Positions 1 to 10,511 are shown, counted from the first letter of the stretch. The stretch: 64,000 bases of DNA from an uncultured Gammaproteobacteria bacterium (GCA_964641355.1 CAZXND010000001.1:87858-151857); one strand, 5' to 3'. Program-made: numbers and translations. Notes: generated by a model not told the origin, from the letters alone.

Positions 1-81
1 CGTCAATCTCAAGCGAACCTTGATGTGTCATTTAACTTCAAGCGTTATTGTACCAAATCAGGCACACTATAGCAATAGATG

Positions 82-894
82 CTAAATACTAAAGTCGTCT
101 CCAGACAGTTTGGTTAAAATCTCAGGTGTCCCACTTTTTATCAGAATAGTTCTCTCAAAAAGACCCGAATCGCTCCCATCACTTGTTACAATAGTCCAAT
201 CGTCTTCTTCACTATAGGAAACAGTACTTTTTCCTTTGTTATAAATAACTTCAACTGCTATCGTCATTCCTTCTGTTAACATTGGCGTTAATTCGATACT
301 ACCTTTTAAATATCCAGGAATTTCAGGCTCTTCATGAAGTTCTTCGCCTACTCCATGCCCTACCAGACTTCGCACTATGGAATAGCCACTACCTTCAACT
401 ATTTCTTGTATAGCTTTCGATACATCACCAACTCTATTACCAGATTTTGCCTTGCTAATACCTGCAAATAATGCTTCTTTGCCAATTTTAATGAATTTAT
501 CGATATCATCACGACATTCAGAATCCTTTCTGAATAATTGGGCGATACCATCTCTTATTCTAAAAGTCTCAGACATATCGGTATGAAAACCATTTAAAAA
601 AACTCCACAGTCAATTCCAACTATATCTCCTTCCTTCAGTTTTCGATTTTTCGGAATTCCATGTACAACCACATTATTAATAGAAATACAAATCGTGTGT
701 TTATAATCTTCTACGCGCTTAAAGCCTGGCTCCCCACCGTGTTCTAAAATATACTCCTCAGCCATCTTATCAATCTCTATTTCCGAAATACCTTCTTTTA
801 TATTTTTACTAAGATAAAACAAAGTATCTCCCAAGATTTTTCCACCTAAACGCATTGCATTAATTTTTTTTACATCCATTTTCTTATTTATCAT
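82..894 (-). CDS. map: Methionine aminopeptidase type I (M24A)
   Basis: 270 aa; metal-binding M24 pita-bread motifs (HGIP, DIVGID, HTDMSETF). Sits downstream of adk as in spc/secY operons. Start overlaps the adk stop by 11 nt. Confidence 0.85.
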   Translation of the reverse strand: MINKKMDVKKINAMRLGGKILGDTLFYLSKNIKEGISEIEIDKMAEEYILEHGGEPGFKRVEDYKHTICISINNVVVHGIPKNRKLKEGDIVGIDCGVFLNGFHTDMSETFRIRDGIAQLFRKDSECRDDIDKFIKIGKEALFAGISKAKSGNRVGDVSKAIQEIVEGSGYSIVRSLVGHGVGEELHEEPEIPGYLKGSIELTPMLTEGMTIAVEVIYNKGKSTVSYSEEDDWTIVTSDGSDSGLFERTILIKSGTPEILTKLSGDDFSI

Positions 895-1438
895 TTTCCT
901 CTTTTAATGACTTAAAAAGATATTCTTTAATTTCTTCAACTGGTCTCTCTCCGTCTATATCTATAAGTTTTTTTTCTTTACGATAATAATCTATTACAGG
1001 TTCTGTGAATTTGAAAAAAATTTCCATCCTCTTTTTAATAGCATTATTTGTGTCATCTTCTCTATTTTCTTTTTCCATCCTCAATCCCAATCTATGAAGA
1101 GCTGTATCCTCACTAATATTGAAGTTAATAACCTTATCTATTTTCTGATCGAGGTTTTTCGCCTGTTTTAATGTTCTTGGAAAACCGTCTAAAATAAATC
1201 CCTTCCTATATTCTTTTTTTCTGAGATATTTCGTAACAATTTCAAAAGCTATATCATCAGGAACTAGATATCCAGCATTTAAAACTTCTTTAATATATCT
1301 GGAGAATTTTGACTTACCCTTCGCTATATCACGAAAAATATGCCCAGAAGATAAGTATGGCAAATTAAATTCTTCTGAAAGAATATTTCCTTGAGTAGAC
1401 TTACCACTACCTTGTAATCCTATTAAAATTATTTTCAA
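884..1438 (-). CDS. adk: Adenylate kinase, short form (no Zn lid)
   Basis: 184 aa with P-loop GLQGSGKSTQ. Sits directly after secY, the classical position. Confidence 0.85.
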   Translation of the reverse strand: MKIILIGLQGSGKSTQGNILSEEFNLPYLSSGHIFRDIAKGKSKFSRYIKEVLNAGYLVPDDIAFEIVTKYLRKKEYRKGFILDGFPRTLKQAKNLDQKIDKVINFNISEDTALHRLGLRMEKENREDDTNNAIKKRMEIFFKFTEPVIDYYRKEKKLIDIDGERPVEEIKEYLFKSLKEENDK

Positions 1439-1464
1439 TTTAATAACTCCTTATAATAAAACGG

Positions 1465-2760
1465 TTAAGACCGCAAGCTATTATTTAAAAACCTATCATA
1501 ACTTCTTGTCGCAAATTGTGCTTCAAGTATCTTAACCGTTTCAATAACTACCGAAACAACAATTAGAACACTCGTTCCTCCAATCAAGAGATTGGAGTTA
1601 TTAATAAATGCACGTGCGAAAGAAGGAAGAATAGCTATTACCCCCAAGAACACAGCTCCCGCAAGAGTTATTCTTGTTATTATATTATTAAGAAAGTCAG
1701 CGGTAGATTTACCAGGTCTTACTCCTGGGATAAATCCTCCTGATTTTTGAATATCTTCAGCAATCTTCTTAGGATCAAAAATAACCGCAGTATAAAAATA
1801 AGTGAACCCAACAACTAAAAGAAAATAAACAACGTTATATGAAATACTCTCAGGATTAAAATTCACTGCTAAGAATTCTCCTATTCCAACAAAGCTTGTA
1901 TTTTTAAGTGCAATCAAGTAGTTAGCAAAAAGAGATGGCAATAAAACAATTGAAACAGCAAATATTATCGGAATTACTCCTGCTTGATTTAGTTTCAAAG
2001 GAAGGTGAGTCGACTGCTTTACCTCTCCACCCCTAACTCTCTTTGCATAATATATGGGAACTTTTCTTACTGCTTCACTTACAAAGATTATCGCAGCAAT
2101 AACAACAACTGAAAGTATAGCAAACACTGTCAGGTTTAGAGCGTCTGAAGAATTTGTACTTGAAATGGTTTGACCAAAAATCACGGGAAACCTTCCCACT
2201 ATACCAGCAAAAATTAAAAGAGAAATGCCATTTCCTAATCCCTGTTCACTTATTAACTCCCCTATCCACATCAAGAAAAGAGTCCCAGCGGTTAATGTGG
2301 TTATAAAAGCCACCATATCAATCGGAGAAAGATTACCAATTATATTTTGACTCCTTAAAAGAGCGTACATCCCAATCCCCTGAACAACAGAAAGAGGTAT
2401 TGTTAAATATCGAGTATATTGATTAATTTTTTGTCTACCATACTCTCCCTCTTTAGAAAGAGCTTCCAGTTTTGGGTAAACAACGGTAAGCATCTGGAAA
2501 ACTATAGATGAGTAGATGTAAGGATTCAAACCTAGTGCTAATATGGAAAAATTAGAAAGAGTTCCACCTGAAAATATATCAAGAAGACCTAAAAATTGAT
2601 TACTTGAAAAAAGCGCTTTTAATTGATTTACATTTACACCTGCAACTGGAATATGAGCAAAAAGTCTAAAAATCAAGAAAAGCAAAAGAATTATAAATAT
2701 CTTTTTTCTTATCTCTTTGTCCTTAAAACTATTCTTAAAAAGTCTTAGCAATTCTCCCAC
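1465..2760 (-). CDS. secY: Preprotein translocase subunit SecY
   Basis: 431 aa polytopic membrane protein (10 TM pattern) with conserved SecY segments. Sits after rplO. Confidence 0.9.
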   Translation of the reverse strand: MGELLRLFKNSFKDKEIRKKIFIILLLFLIFRLFAHIPVAGVNVNQLKALFSSNQFLGLLDIFSGGTLSNFSILALGLNPYIYSSIVFQMLTVVYPKLEALSKEGEYGRQKINQYTRYLTIPLSVVQGIGMYALLRSQNIIGNLSPIDMVAFITTLTAGTLFLMWIGELISEQGLGNGISLLIFAGIVGRFPVIFGQTISSTNSSDALNLTVFAILSVVVIAAIIFVSEAVRKVPIYYAKRVRGGEVKQSTHLPLKLNQAGVIPIIFAVSIVLLPSLFANYLIALKNTSFVGIGEFLAVNFNPESISYNVVYFLLVVGFTYFYTAVIFDPKKIAEDIQKSGGFIPGVRPGKSTADFLNNIITRITLAGAVFLGVIAILPSFARAFINNSNLLIGGTSVLIVVSVVIETVKILEAQFATRSYDRFLNNSLRS

Positions 2761-2789
2761 TATATTTTAAAGTTAAATATTAAAAGGGT

Positions 2790-3230
2790 TTAAATCTCAA
2801 CTTTTCCACCAGCTTTTTCGATTTTCACTTTTGCGGCGTTGGAAATTTTTACCTTGATTACCAAAGGAACTTTTACTTCTCCTTCACCGAGAATTTTTAC
2901 TCCGTACTGTTTGGCCTCATCCGCTTTAATAATTTTATTTTTTATAAGAGCATCTAAATCGACCGTGCTATTTGCAGAAAAAAGATTTAATATTTTTATA
3001 TTAACTGGAAGAGGTTTTTTCTTGAAAACATTATTTCTATCCTTTCCTCTTCTCAACGGAAGTCTTTTAATAAGAGGTAAGGCCCCTCCTTCAAAAAACA
3101 AACTAATATCTCTTCTTGCTTTTTGTCCTTTAGTTCCGCGTCCCGAAGTTTTACCACGTCCCGAACCATGACCCCTTCCAAGTCTTCTACTTTTTTTTGT
3201 TTTAATTTTTTGTAAACTATTTAAATCCAT
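2790..3230 (-). CDS. rplO: 50S ribosomal protein L15
   Basis: 146 aa with G/R-rich N-terminus (RRLGRGHGSGRGKTSGRGTKGQKARR). Its start overlaps the rpsE stop, leaving no room for rpmD (L30). Confidence 0.9.
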   Translation of the reverse strand: MDLNSLQKIKTKKSRRLGRGHGSGRGKTSGRGTKGQKARRDISLFFEGGALPLIKRLPLRRGKDRNNVFKKKPLPVNIKILNLFSANSTVDLDALIKNKIIKADEAKQYGVKILGEGEVKVPLVIKVKISNAAKVKIEKAGGKVEI

Positions 3231-3694
3231 TATTTTCCTTTGTTCATTTTTTTACTTAAAATGTTTAATGCTTCAAAGGTTGCGTAGACATTGCTTGCTT
3301 TATTTTCTGTTCCAAGAATCTTTGATGATATATTCCTAATTCCCGCAACTTCAACAACACTTCTAACAGCTCCCCCTGCAATAATTCCAGTTCCTGCCGG
3401 AGCAGGTTTTAAAAGAATTTCTGAAGCACCTTTTTTAATCCTAATAGGATAAGGGATCGTATCTTTTACAAGAGGTACATCTATAAGTCTCTTTTTTGCA
3501 TAGGTTGAAGCCTTTGTAATCGCAGATGAAACATCGTTTGACTTACCTAATCCGACTCCAACACGTCCTCTCCTGTTTCCAACTACTACCAAAGCAGCGA
3601 ATCTCATTTTATTTCCTCCTTTTGTTTTCTTAGAAACACGATTAATTTGAACAATCTTTTCTTCAAATTTTTCACCATCAACGAAATTATCCAT
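3230..3694 (-). CDS. rpsE: 30S ribosomal protein S5
   Basis: 154 aa with the S5 dsRBD and C-terminal domain ([21 protein letters not shown]). Confidence 0.9.
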   Translation of the reverse strand: MDNFVDGEKFEEKIVQINRVSKKTKGGNKMRFAALVVVGNRRGRVGVGLGKSNDVSSAITKASTYAKKRLIDVPLVKDTIPYPIRIKKGASEILLKPAPAGTGIIAGGAVRSVVEVAGIRNISSKILGTENKASNVYATFEALNILSKKMNKGK

Positions 3695-3695
3695 T

Positions 3696-4049
3696 TTAAA
3701 AAACTAGTCCTCCTTTTCTTACTGCTTCTGCAAAAACCTTTACTTTCCCATGGTATTTATAAGCGCCTTTATCAAAAACTACTTGTGTTATTTTTTTCTC
3801 TTGTGCTTTTTTTGCTATCAATTTTCCAAGTTCTTCTACTCTTTCAAGACCATTTATATTTTCTGCAATTTGTTTTTCATTAACACTTGCAACAGTGATG
3901 CCTTGAGAATCATCAATTATCTGAGCATAAAGAAATCTATTAGAGCGGAAGACAGATAATCTCACTCTTCCATTTTCTCTTACAGATTTTCTTGTTCGGT
4001 TCACTCTTCTACTTTTTCTAATTTTTTTTATTTTTTCTTCTTTTATCAT
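3696..4049 (-). CDS. rplR: 50S ribosomal protein L18
   Basis: 117 aa; basic N-terminus and L18 core (LSVFRSNRFLYAQIIDD). Confidence 0.85.
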   Translation of the reverse strand: MIKEEKIKKIRKSRRVNRTRKSVRENGRVRLSVFRSNRFLYAQIIDDSQGITVASVNEKQIAENINGLERVEELGKLIAKKAQEKKITQVVFDKGAYKYHGKVKVFAEAVRKGGLVF

Positions 4050-4057
4050 TTTATCTC

Positions 4058-4609
4058 CTATTTGGCACCACCTACAGCTTTAGCTGCTTTACCCACTTTC
4101 CTTCTAATTTTTTCACCAACATATTTAATTCCTTTTGCTTTATATGGATCAGGCACCCTTATAGCTCTTATTTTACTAGCTACATCTCCAACTAATCCCT
4201 TATCTATTCCCGAAACACTTATTGTATTATCTTCAACTTTCAGATCTATCCCAATCGGAGCGTTAAACTTTACAGGAACTGCAAACCCAAGATTTAATAC
4301 CAAATCTTGCCCTTCCATTCTGGCTCTATAACCGACTCCAGAAAGTTCTAACTTTTTCTCAAATCCGCTTGTAACCCCCTCAACCATATTCGCAATCAAA
4401 GCTCGAGTAAGTCCATAAAATTTTGCGAAATCTCTTGCTTGATTAACTTGCTCCACTTTAATATTTTCATTATCAACTTTTACCCCAATTCCATGAGGAA
4501 TCTTTACTTCAAGATTACCCTTTGGTCCTGTAACTAAAACCTTTTCACCTGTTATACTAACAGATACACCTTCTTTTATTTTTATGACTTGTTTTCCAAT
4601 ATTTGACAT
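4058..4609 (-). CDS. rplF: 50S ribosomal protein L6
   Basis: 183 aa; begins MSNIGKQVIKI..., the typical two-domain L6. Confidence 0.85.
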   Translation of the reverse strand: MSNIGKQVIKIKEGVSVSITGEKVLVTGPKGNLEVKIPHGIGVKVDNENIKVEQVNQARDFAKFYGLTRALIANMVEGVTSGFEKKLELSGVGYRARMEGQDLVLNLGFAVPVKFNAPIGIDLKVEDNTISVSGIDKGLVGDVASKIRAIRVPDPYKAKGIKYVGEKIRRKVGKAAKAVGGAK

Positions 4610-4615
4610 AATATT

Positions 4616-5005
4616 CTAATAAATTCTGAAAAGAATCTCTCCTCCTATTTTATTTTTGATCGCATCGTTTCTTGTCATTACACCTTTACTAGTTGTCATT
4701 ATTACTACTCCAGGCTCTCTAAAACCCTTTACCTTTTGTGCGCTTAAAAAATTATGAGCAGAAGGCTTAGAAATAACTTTTACCTCAGTAAAAACACGAG
4801 AAATAGAACTATCTAGAAGGCTTATTTCAATTTTTTTAATTGGGCTCTTTTTATCTGTTAAAATTTCCGCCTTACTAATCAATCCTTCTTTTTCAAGAAT
4901 CTTGGCAATAGAATAATTAAGCTTTGAATAAGGTGTTGTGACCTTATCTCTACTTGCCATATATGCATTTTTGACTCTAATTAAAAAATCTGCTGCTGTA
5001 TACAT
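4616..5005 (-). CDS. rpsH: 30S ribosomal protein S8
   Basis: 129 aa; matches the conserved S8 N-terminus (DFLIRVKNA) and sits in the S8 position of the spc operon. Confidence 0.85.
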   Translation of the reverse strand: MYTAADFLIRVKNAYMASRDKVTTPYSKLNYSIAKILEKEGLISKAEILTDKKSPIKKIEISLLDSSISRVFTEVKVISKPSAHNFLSAQKVKGFREPGVVIMTTSKGVMTRNDAIKNKIGGEILFRIY

Positions 5006-5011
5006 AATAAT

Positions 5012-5197
5012 TTACCAACTGGCCTTCTTAACTCCAGGAAGCTCTCCTTTCAAAGCCCTTTCTCTAAAACAAATCCTACACATGCCAAAAGTTCTAAGGT
5101 ATCCCTTGGATCTTCCACAGAGCATACAAATATTTTTTTCTCTTGTACTAAACTTTTGTTTTTTGTTGTATTTAACAATATTCGATTTCTTTGCCAT
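5012..5197 (-). CDS. rpsZ: 30S ribosomal protein S14 type Z (zinc-binding)
   Basis: 61 aa with the Cys4 motif CMLCGR...CRIC. Confidence 0.9.
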   Translation of the reverse strand: MAKKSNIVKYNKKQKFSTREKNICMLCGRSKGYLRTFGMCRICFRERALKGELPGVKKASW

Positions 5198-5211
5198 TTT
5201 AAAATAGAGAA

Positions 5212-5754
5212 TTAATTCGTCTCTAATCCCTTCTTAAACTTCATCCCCATAGCTTCAAGTAAGTTCTTAGCTTCCTCGTCATTTTTAGCGTTGGTAACAA
5301 TCGTTACCTGAAGACTTCTTACCTTATCAACCTTGCCTGGATCTATCTCAGGAAACACAGTACTTTCCGTAAATCCAAGACTTAGATTTCCTCTCCCATC
5401 AAAGGCTTTTGAATCTACCCCAGAAAAATCTCTTACACGAGGGAAGACTATTTTAACAAGTTTTTCAAAAAAATCATACATTCTACTTCCTCTAAGAGTG
5501 ACAGTCATACCAATCTGATCTCCTTCTCTAAGTTTAAATGTAGAAATCGAAACTCTAGCTTTTGAGGTTTTTGGTTTTTGCCCCGTAATTAAAGATAGTT
5601 CTTCTCTTGCTCTTTCAATATTCTTCTTATCTTGCAAAAAGTCTCTATTAGATTCATTAACCATTATTTTAACAAGTTTGGGGAGAGCCATTGGATTCTT
5701 TATACCCAATTTCTCCTGTAAGTCTTTTTGTAATTGCTTTTGCTTATCGTTCAT
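5212..5754 (-). CDS. rplE: 50S ribosomal protein L5
   Basis: 180 aa L5 core. Confidence 0.85.
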   Translation of the reverse strand: MNDKQKQLQKDLQEKLGIKNPMALPKLVKIMVNESNRDFLQDKKNIERAREELSLITGQKPKTSKARVSISTFKLREGDQIGMTVTLRGSRMYDFFEKLVKIVFPRVRDFSGVDSKAFDGRGNLSLGFTESTVFPEIDPGKVDKVRSLQVTIVTNAKNDEEAKNLLEAMGMKFKKGLETN

Positions 5755-5765
5755 ATTTTATTAAA

Positions 5766-5879
5766 TTATCCCTGTCTTTGTTTGTGCTTGGGATTATCAC
5801 ACACAATATAAAGCTTTCTTCTTCTTTTAACAATCTTGCAATTTTTACATCTTTTTTTAATTGAAGCTTGAACTTTCAT
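5766..5879 (-). CDS. rpmJ: 50S ribosomal protein L36, zinc-ribbon form. Too short for the ORF track; found by manual translation.
   Basis: The reverse complement of 5766..5879 translates to [37 protein letters not shown] (37 aa), a near-canonical L36 with the C-x2-C...C...H zinc motif. It fills the 125-nt gap between rplX and rplE. Confidence 0.85.
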   Translation of the reverse strand: MKVQASIKKRCKNCKIVKRRRKLYIVCDNPKHKQRQG

Positions 5880-5880
5880 C

Positions 5881-6189
5881 TTATATCTCCTTTTTACACT
5901 TTCTACAAATTCTACTCTTTTTACCTTCTTTAACCAAAAACCCTACCCTTGTCATCTTCTTACATTTAGGACAAACAAGAACAACCGCTCCTAGGCTATA
6001 AGGTCTTACTAACGTTATTATTTCTGATTTTTGTCCACTCGCACTATTACCCTTAATATGTTTTTTAAATTGATTTAGTCCTTCAACCACTATTTTACTA
6101 CCAGAGAAAATTCTACCAACTTTTCCCTCTTTTCCCTTATCTTTCCCTAAAATTACTTTTACTGTATCGCCTTTTTTAATCTTTAACAT
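5881..6189 (-). CDS. rplX: 50S ribosomal protein L24 (KOW) with a C-terminal Cys4 knuckle
   Basis: 102 aa; KOW motif [18 protein letters not shown]. The C-terminal third carries CPKC ... CRKC in place of the usual non-Cys residues. Confidence 0.85.
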   Translation of the reverse strand: MLKIKKGDTVKVILGKDKGKEGKVGRIFSGSKIVVEGLNQFKKHIKGNSASGQKSEIITLVRPYSLGAVVLVCPKCKKMTRVGFLVKEGKKSRICRKCKKEI

Positions 6190-6192
6190 ATC

Positions 6193-6567
6193 TTATACAA
6201 CGTACTTCGCAAGACTTGCTATCTTTGAAAATCCTTTTTCTTTAATTTCTCTCGCAACAGGGCCAAAAATTCTTGTCCCCATAGGATTTTTACTCTCTGG
6301 ATTTTCAATTATAACTCCAGCATTATCTGAAAATCTTATATATGAGCCGTCTTTTCTTTTGTATTCTTTTTTTGTTCTAACCAAAACAACTTTAACCTTA
6401 TCACCCTTTTTATAATTTGTGTTTGGTAAAGCACGCTTTACTACGCACCCAAGAATTTCTCCCAAATATCCAAATCTCCTTTTTGAACCAGTATAGATAT
6501 GTATCACCATAAGTTGCTTTACACCAGTATTATCAGCTACATTTAACATTGTTCTATGTTGAACCAT
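6193..6567 (-). CDS. rplN: 50S ribosomal protein L14
   Basis: 124 aa, starting MVQHRTMLNVADNTGVK. Confidence 0.9.
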   Translation of the reverse strand: MVQHRTMLNVADNTGVKQLMVIHIYTGSKRRFGYLGEILGCVVKRALPNTNYKKGDKVKVVLVRTKKEYKRKDGSYIRFSDNAGVIIENPESKNPMGTRIFGPVAREIKEKGFSKIASLAKYVV

Positions 6568-6809
6568 TAATTTTCTCCTCCCTCAACAGATACTAATTTA
6601 AACTTTTTCTTTTTAGAGATAGGTCGAGTAGGTGCAATACTCACAACATCCCCCACCTTTACCTGTAAACTTCCAGGGTCTACTAAGTATTTCTTATTTT
6701 TTTTAATAATCTTTTTGTAAATCTCATGCCTTACTTTTCTCTCAACTTCAACTACAACAGTTTTTGGAGTAGAGGTTGAAATAATTTTTCCAGTTATTAG
6801 TCTAGCCAT
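6567..6809 (-). CDS. rpsQ: 30S ribosomal protein S17
   Basis: 80 aa OB-fold S17. Confidence 0.85.
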   Translation of the reverse strand: MARLITGKIISTSTPKTVVVEVERKVRHEIYKKIIKKNKKYLVDPGSLQVKVGDVVSIAPTRPISKKKKFKLVSVEGGEN

Positions 6810-7008
6810 TTTTAACTCCTTTCTCTTTAATTACAGTTAAAATTCTTGCTAAATCTTTCCTTTTATTTCTAACGGAATTCAAATTTTTATTGGTTCCGCG
6901 AATAATTTCCATCCTTAATTTCATAATTTCTCCTTTTAAATCCTTCATTGACCTAAGTAATTCTTCGTGTGTCTTTGTATGTAATTCAACTCTATCAGTC
7001 TTTTTCAT
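6802..7008 (-). CDS. rpmC: 50S ribosomal protein L29
   Basis: I place the start at the internal Met (MKKTDRVELHTKTHEELLR...), giving about 68 aa. The longer ORF-track start would overlap rplP. Confidence 0.75.
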   Translation of the reverse strand: MKKTDRVELHTKTHEELLRSMKDLKGEIMKLRMEIIRGTNKNLNSVRNKRKDLARILTVIKEKGVKNG

Positions 7009-7009
7009 A

Positions 7010-7423
7010 TTAATCTCTCTTAATAAATGAACTTTTAACAGGCAACTTATGAGATGCAAGTCTCAATGCTTCCTTAGCTATGGGCTCGGTAACCCCACCC
7101 ATTTCAAATAAAACACTGCCTGTTTTAACAACTGCTACATACTCATGCAGATCACCTTTTCCTCCACCCATTCTTGTTTCAGGAGGTTTTTTTGTGATAG
7201 GCTTATCGGGAAAGATTCTTATCCAAACTCTTCCTCCCCGTTTTATAAAATGCGTTATTGCCTTTCTTGCCGATTCAATTTGTCTAGATGAAACGTTTCC
7301 AATTTCAGTTGATACGAGACCATAGTCACCAAAAGAAAGTTTATTTCCTCTTAGAGCAACTCCATAATCCGACTTATTAGGTCTAAATTGTTTTCTGTAT
7401 TTTAATCTTTTTGGCATTAACAT
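7010..7423 (-). CDS. rplP: 50S ribosomal protein L16
   Basis: 137 aa, starting [14 protein letters not shown]. Confidence 0.9.
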   Translation of the reverse strand: MLMPKRLKYRKQFRPNKSDYGVALRGNKLSFGDYGLVSTEIGNVSSRQIESARKAITHFIKRGGRVWIRIFPDKPITKKPPETRMGGGKGDLHEYVAVVKTGSVLFEMGGVTEPIAKEALRLASHKLPVKSSFIKRD

Positions 7424-7425
7424 AA

Positions 7426-8067
7426 TTATCCCTTATCTATCCAAACCTTAACTCCTACATAACCACTTTTTGTTAAAGATGGAACACTTGCGTAATCAAT
7501 ATTTTCTCTAATGGTTGAAAGGGAAACTTTTCCAGACTGAGTTCTCTCTCTTCTTCCAATTTCGGCTCCACCAATTCTTCCTGAAAGAACAATTCTCACA
7601 CCCTTTGCTCCCGATGACATAACTCTATCAGTAGCTTGTTTAAGTACTCTTTTATGTGGAAATCTTCTTGCTATTTGTTCTGAGATGTTACTTGCAACAA
7701 GATATGCGTTTAGATTAGGATCTTTTATTGGCTCGACTTTTATTTCCACCTTTGGTGCATTTTTATTCTCATTTTTTTGAGACAGAAGTCTTAAAATTCC
7801 TCGTCTTAATTCCTCGAGTCCTGTTCCACCTCTTCCAATAACAATTCCAGGTCTTACAACATAAATTATGATTTTTATGTGACTTGGTGATCTTTCTATT
7901 AACACATCTCCAACACTTGCCTGTCTAAGCTTTTTATAAAGCATTTCTCTTATTTGTATATCTTGAAAAACTATTTTTGAATAAGTCTTCTTAGGATAGA
8001 ACCCTATACTTTTGAAATCATGATGTATTCCAAGTCTCAATCCGATTGGATTAACTTTTTGACCCAT
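7426..8067 (-). CDS. rpsC: 30S ribosomal protein S3
   Basis: I place the start at the universal S3 N-terminus [13 protein letters not shown]. The ORF-track N-terminal extension is probably spurious. Confidence 0.85.
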   Translation of the reverse strand: MGQKVNPIGLRLGIHHDFKSIGFYPKKTYSKIVFQDIQIREMLYKKLRQASVGDVLIERSPSHIKIIIYVVRPGIVIGRGGTGLEELRRGILRLLSQKNENKNAPKVEIKVEPIKDPNLNAYLVASNISEQIARRFPHKRVLKQATDRVMSSGAKGVRIVLSGRIGGAEIGRRERTQSGKVSLSTIRENIDYASVPSLTKSGYVGVKVWIDKG

Positions 8068-8452
8068 TTTCCTCCTCCTTCTCTTTTTCAATCTTTGGCT
8101 TGCTAACAACTTTTACAATATCCTTACCTTCAATCACAACTTTAATATGACTCGTTCTTCTTTTATAAGGTCTTACCCTTCCTCTCGCCGCAAAGTGATA
8201 TCTTTTAAGCATCGTACCTTCATTAACAACAATACTTTTCAGTGTTAAATCCTCACGCTTAGCTTTAAAATTATTAATAGCGTTTGCTATCGCACTTTCA
8301 ATAGTTTTTTTCACTGGTGTTGAAGCTCTTTTATTTAAAATAGAGAGCCTTGAAAGTGCATGGTTTAATTTTTTGCCTCTTACAGCATCGGCAATTAACC
8401 TAACTTTTCTAGGTGAAATTCTTATATTTTTAGCTTCGGCTGTATACAACAT
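8051..8452 (-). CDS. rplV: 50S ribosomal protein L22
   Basis: I place the start at MLYTAEAKNIRISPRKVRLIADAVRG, the typical L22 start. A lysine/glutamate-rich C-terminal tail follows. Confidence 0.8.
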   Translation of the reverse strand: MLYTAEAKNIRISPRKVRLIADAVRGKKLNHALSRLSILNKRASTPVKKTIESAIANAINNFKAKREDLTLKSIVVNEGTMLKRYHFAARGRVRPYKRRTSHIKVVIEGKDIVKVVSKPKIEKEKEEENGSKS

Positions 8453-8456
8453 ATTT

Positions 8457-8741
8457 TTAAGTCTTTGAAATTTCTCTAGCAACAACTCTTCCATGTCCTC
8501 GAAAAACCCTTGTAGGAGAAAACTCTCCAAGTCTATGACCAACCATTGATTCTGTAACTTTTACTCCAATAAAGTTCTTACCATTATGAACCGCTATCGT
8601 GTGCCCTACAAATTCCGGTGGAATTTGACTCGCTCTTGCCCAAGTTTTAATAGCATCACGATTTCCACCTTCTTTTTGCTTAAGAACTTTCTTAAGCAGT
8701 CTCTGGTCGATATATGGCCCCTTAACTGATGATCTTGACAT
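8457..8741 (-). CDS. rpsS: 30S ribosomal protein S19
   Basis: 94 aa S19 core. Confidence 0.9.
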   Translation of the reverse strand: MSRSSVKGPYIDQRLLKKVLKQKEGGNRDAIKTWARASQIPPEFVGHTIAVHNGKNFIGVKVTESMVGHRLGEFSPTRVFRGHGRVVAREISKT

Positions 8742-8746
8742 ATAAT

Positions 8747-9487
8747 TTAAGACTTTCTCCTTTTAACAATATATTTATCTGAATATTTCTTTTTCTTTCT
8801 TGTTTTACCTACCGCAATTCTTCCTGCATAATTCTTTGGACTCTTCATACCAACCGAACTTCTTCCTTCTCCTCCTCCATGGGGATGAGAGGATGGATTC
8901 ATAGCAACTCCACGAACAGTTGGCCTAATTCCCATATGAATTGATCTTCCCGCCTTTCCGATAACTCGATCTTTCCACTCAACTCTAGCAAGCTGCCCAA
9001 TTGTTGCATAGTTTTCTTCATTTATTTTTCTTATTTCACCAGATGGCATTTTAATATGGATATAATTACCTTCTTTTGCCATTATCATTGCTTGATCTCC
9101 AGCAGATCTTGCAACTTGTCCACCTTTTCCTCTTCTAAGCTCGATATTATGGACCATTGTTCCGACAGGAATCTTTTTTAAGGGAAGTGTGTTTCCGACT
9201 TTAATATCTACTCCCTCACCTGAAATTATATGATCACCAAGAGAAAGACCCAACGGTCTTAAAACGTATCTTTTCTCTCCATCTGCGTATTGTACCAAAG
9301 CAAGATCTGCAGATCTATTAGGATCATATTCAAAAGCAATAACTCTTGCTGGAATATTCTTTTCTCTCTTAAAGTCCACAAGTCTATAGAATCTCTTGTG
9401 TCTTCCACCCTGATGTCTCACGGTGACTTGACCAGAAAAATTTCTTCCAGAATGTTTTTTTAATATCTTCTTTAAATCTCTAGACAT
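8747..9487 (-). CDS. rplB: 50S ribosomal protein L2
   Basis: 246 aa; conserved L2 C-terminal half ([15 protein letters not shown]...). Confidence 0.9.
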   Translation of the reverse strand: MSRDLKKILKKHSGRNFSGQVTVRHQGGRHKRFYRLVDFKREKNIPARVIAFEYDPNRSADLALVQYADGEKRYVLRPLGLSLGDHIISGEGVDIKVGNTLPLKKIPVGTMVHNIELRRGKGGQVARSAGDQAMIMAKEGNYIHIKMPSGEIRKINEENYATIGQLARVEWKDRVIGKAGRSIHMGIRPTVRGVAMNPSSHPHGGGEGRSSVGMKSPKNYAGRIAVGKTRKKKKYSDKYIVKRRKS

Positions 9488-9783
9488 TAGCTTTTCTTCT
9501 CTTTCTTTTCTTCAAAAATGTCAATCTTTTGACCTTTAGCAAGAACAACTCTAGCCTTTTTAAACTCGAATTGTTTTTGACTTTTTCCCTTTTTTGTCAT
9601 TCTCACAACTGATCCCCTTATAATATTGGTATCAACCTTCTTTACATTAACTCCAAAAGCCTTTTCTACAGCTCTCCTAATTTCGACCTTACTTGAGTCT
9701 TTATCAACGATAAAAGTATACCTACCTTTTCCAGCGTCAGTCATTGATTTCTCTGTAATAATAGGTCTGATTATTGAATTCAT
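9487..9783 (-). CDS. rplW: 50S ribosomal protein L23
   Basis: 98 aa L23. Confidence 0.85.
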   Translation of the reverse strand: MNSIIRPIITEKSMTDAGKGRYTFIVDKDSSKVEIRRAVEKAFGVNVKKVDTNIIRGSVVRMTKKGKSQKQFEFKKARVVLAKGQKIDIFEEKKEKKS

Positions 9784-9785
9784 AA

Positions 9786-10511
9786 TTATACTCTTATTAA
9801 CCTTTTAGATAAATCCTCGATTGCGTTTTTCTGAAAAATTACATAAGAAGCATCTAAAACGTCGTAAGTGTTTAAATCATTTGCATTTTCTACTTCAAGA
9901 CCTTCAATGTTCTTTGAGGCTTTAAAAATACTTTTTGAACCCTTAGAAATAACGAGAAGGATTTTATTAACCTCACCTCTTTTGCTAACTAAATTTAACG
10001 CTTTCAATGCGCCACTTATTTCTCTAGTTTTTTTGATTGTATCATCTACTGCTAAAACTATAATTTTCTCGTTTTTTAGCTTTTCAGTAAGTACGGCTGA
10101 CAAAGATTTTGCTCTCATTTTTTTAGGTAGATCTAAGGAGAAATCCCTAGGTTTTGGTCCAAAAACTATTCCTCCACCCACGAATATCGGTGCTCTTATC
10201 CCTCCGTGTCTAGCCTTTCCCGTTCCTTTTTGTCTATATATTTTTCTAGTTGACCCTCTCACTTCTCCTCTTGTTTTAGTTGAAGCGTTTCCTTCTCTTT
10301 GGTTTGCAAGAAAAACTCTTACAGCTTGAGCTATTAAACTAGGAGCAGCTGTAACACTAAAAATTTCTTTGGGAAGAGTAATTTTTCCAACACTTTTACC
10401 GCTAAGATCCATAATTGAAAGAATAAGCTCACTTTGCGAATCCTTTACTCTTGTAGTTACTTTTTCTGTTTTTGGACTAACTTTGGGCATTTTCATCCTC
10501 CTTAATCTCAT
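9786..10511 (-). CDS. rplD: 50S ribosomal protein L4. The longest ORF is given; an internal start near 10412 (MDLSGKSVGKITL...) would give a canonical ~208 aa protein.
   Basis: L4 core QKGTGKARHGGIRAPIFVGGG. Confidence 0.8.
   Translation of the reverse strand: MRLRRMKMPKVSPKTEKVTTRVKDSQSELILSIMDLSGKSVGKITLPKEIFSVTAAPSLIAQAVRVFLANQREGNASTKTRGEVRGSTRKIYRQKGTGKARHGGIRAPIFVGGGIVFGPKPRDFSLDLPKKMRAKSLSAVLTEKLKNEKIIVLAVDDTIKKTREISGALKALNLVSKRGEVNKILLVISKGSKSIFKASKNIEGLEVENANDLNTYDVLDASYVIFQKNAIEDLSKRLIRV

Noticed and set aside
2839-3171. Plus-strand ORFs antisense to the ribosomal protein genes (2839..3171, 3647..3883, 3750..3959, 4062..4331, 4938..5207, 5333..5518, 7080..7325, 9626..9808, 9868..10329, 10825..11188, 12508..13023, 13249..13461)
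   Set aside because: They lie entirely within well-supported minus-strand ribosomal protein or tuf genes, have low-complexity or hydrophobic translations with no motifs, and are typical shadow ORFs of AT-rich sequence.
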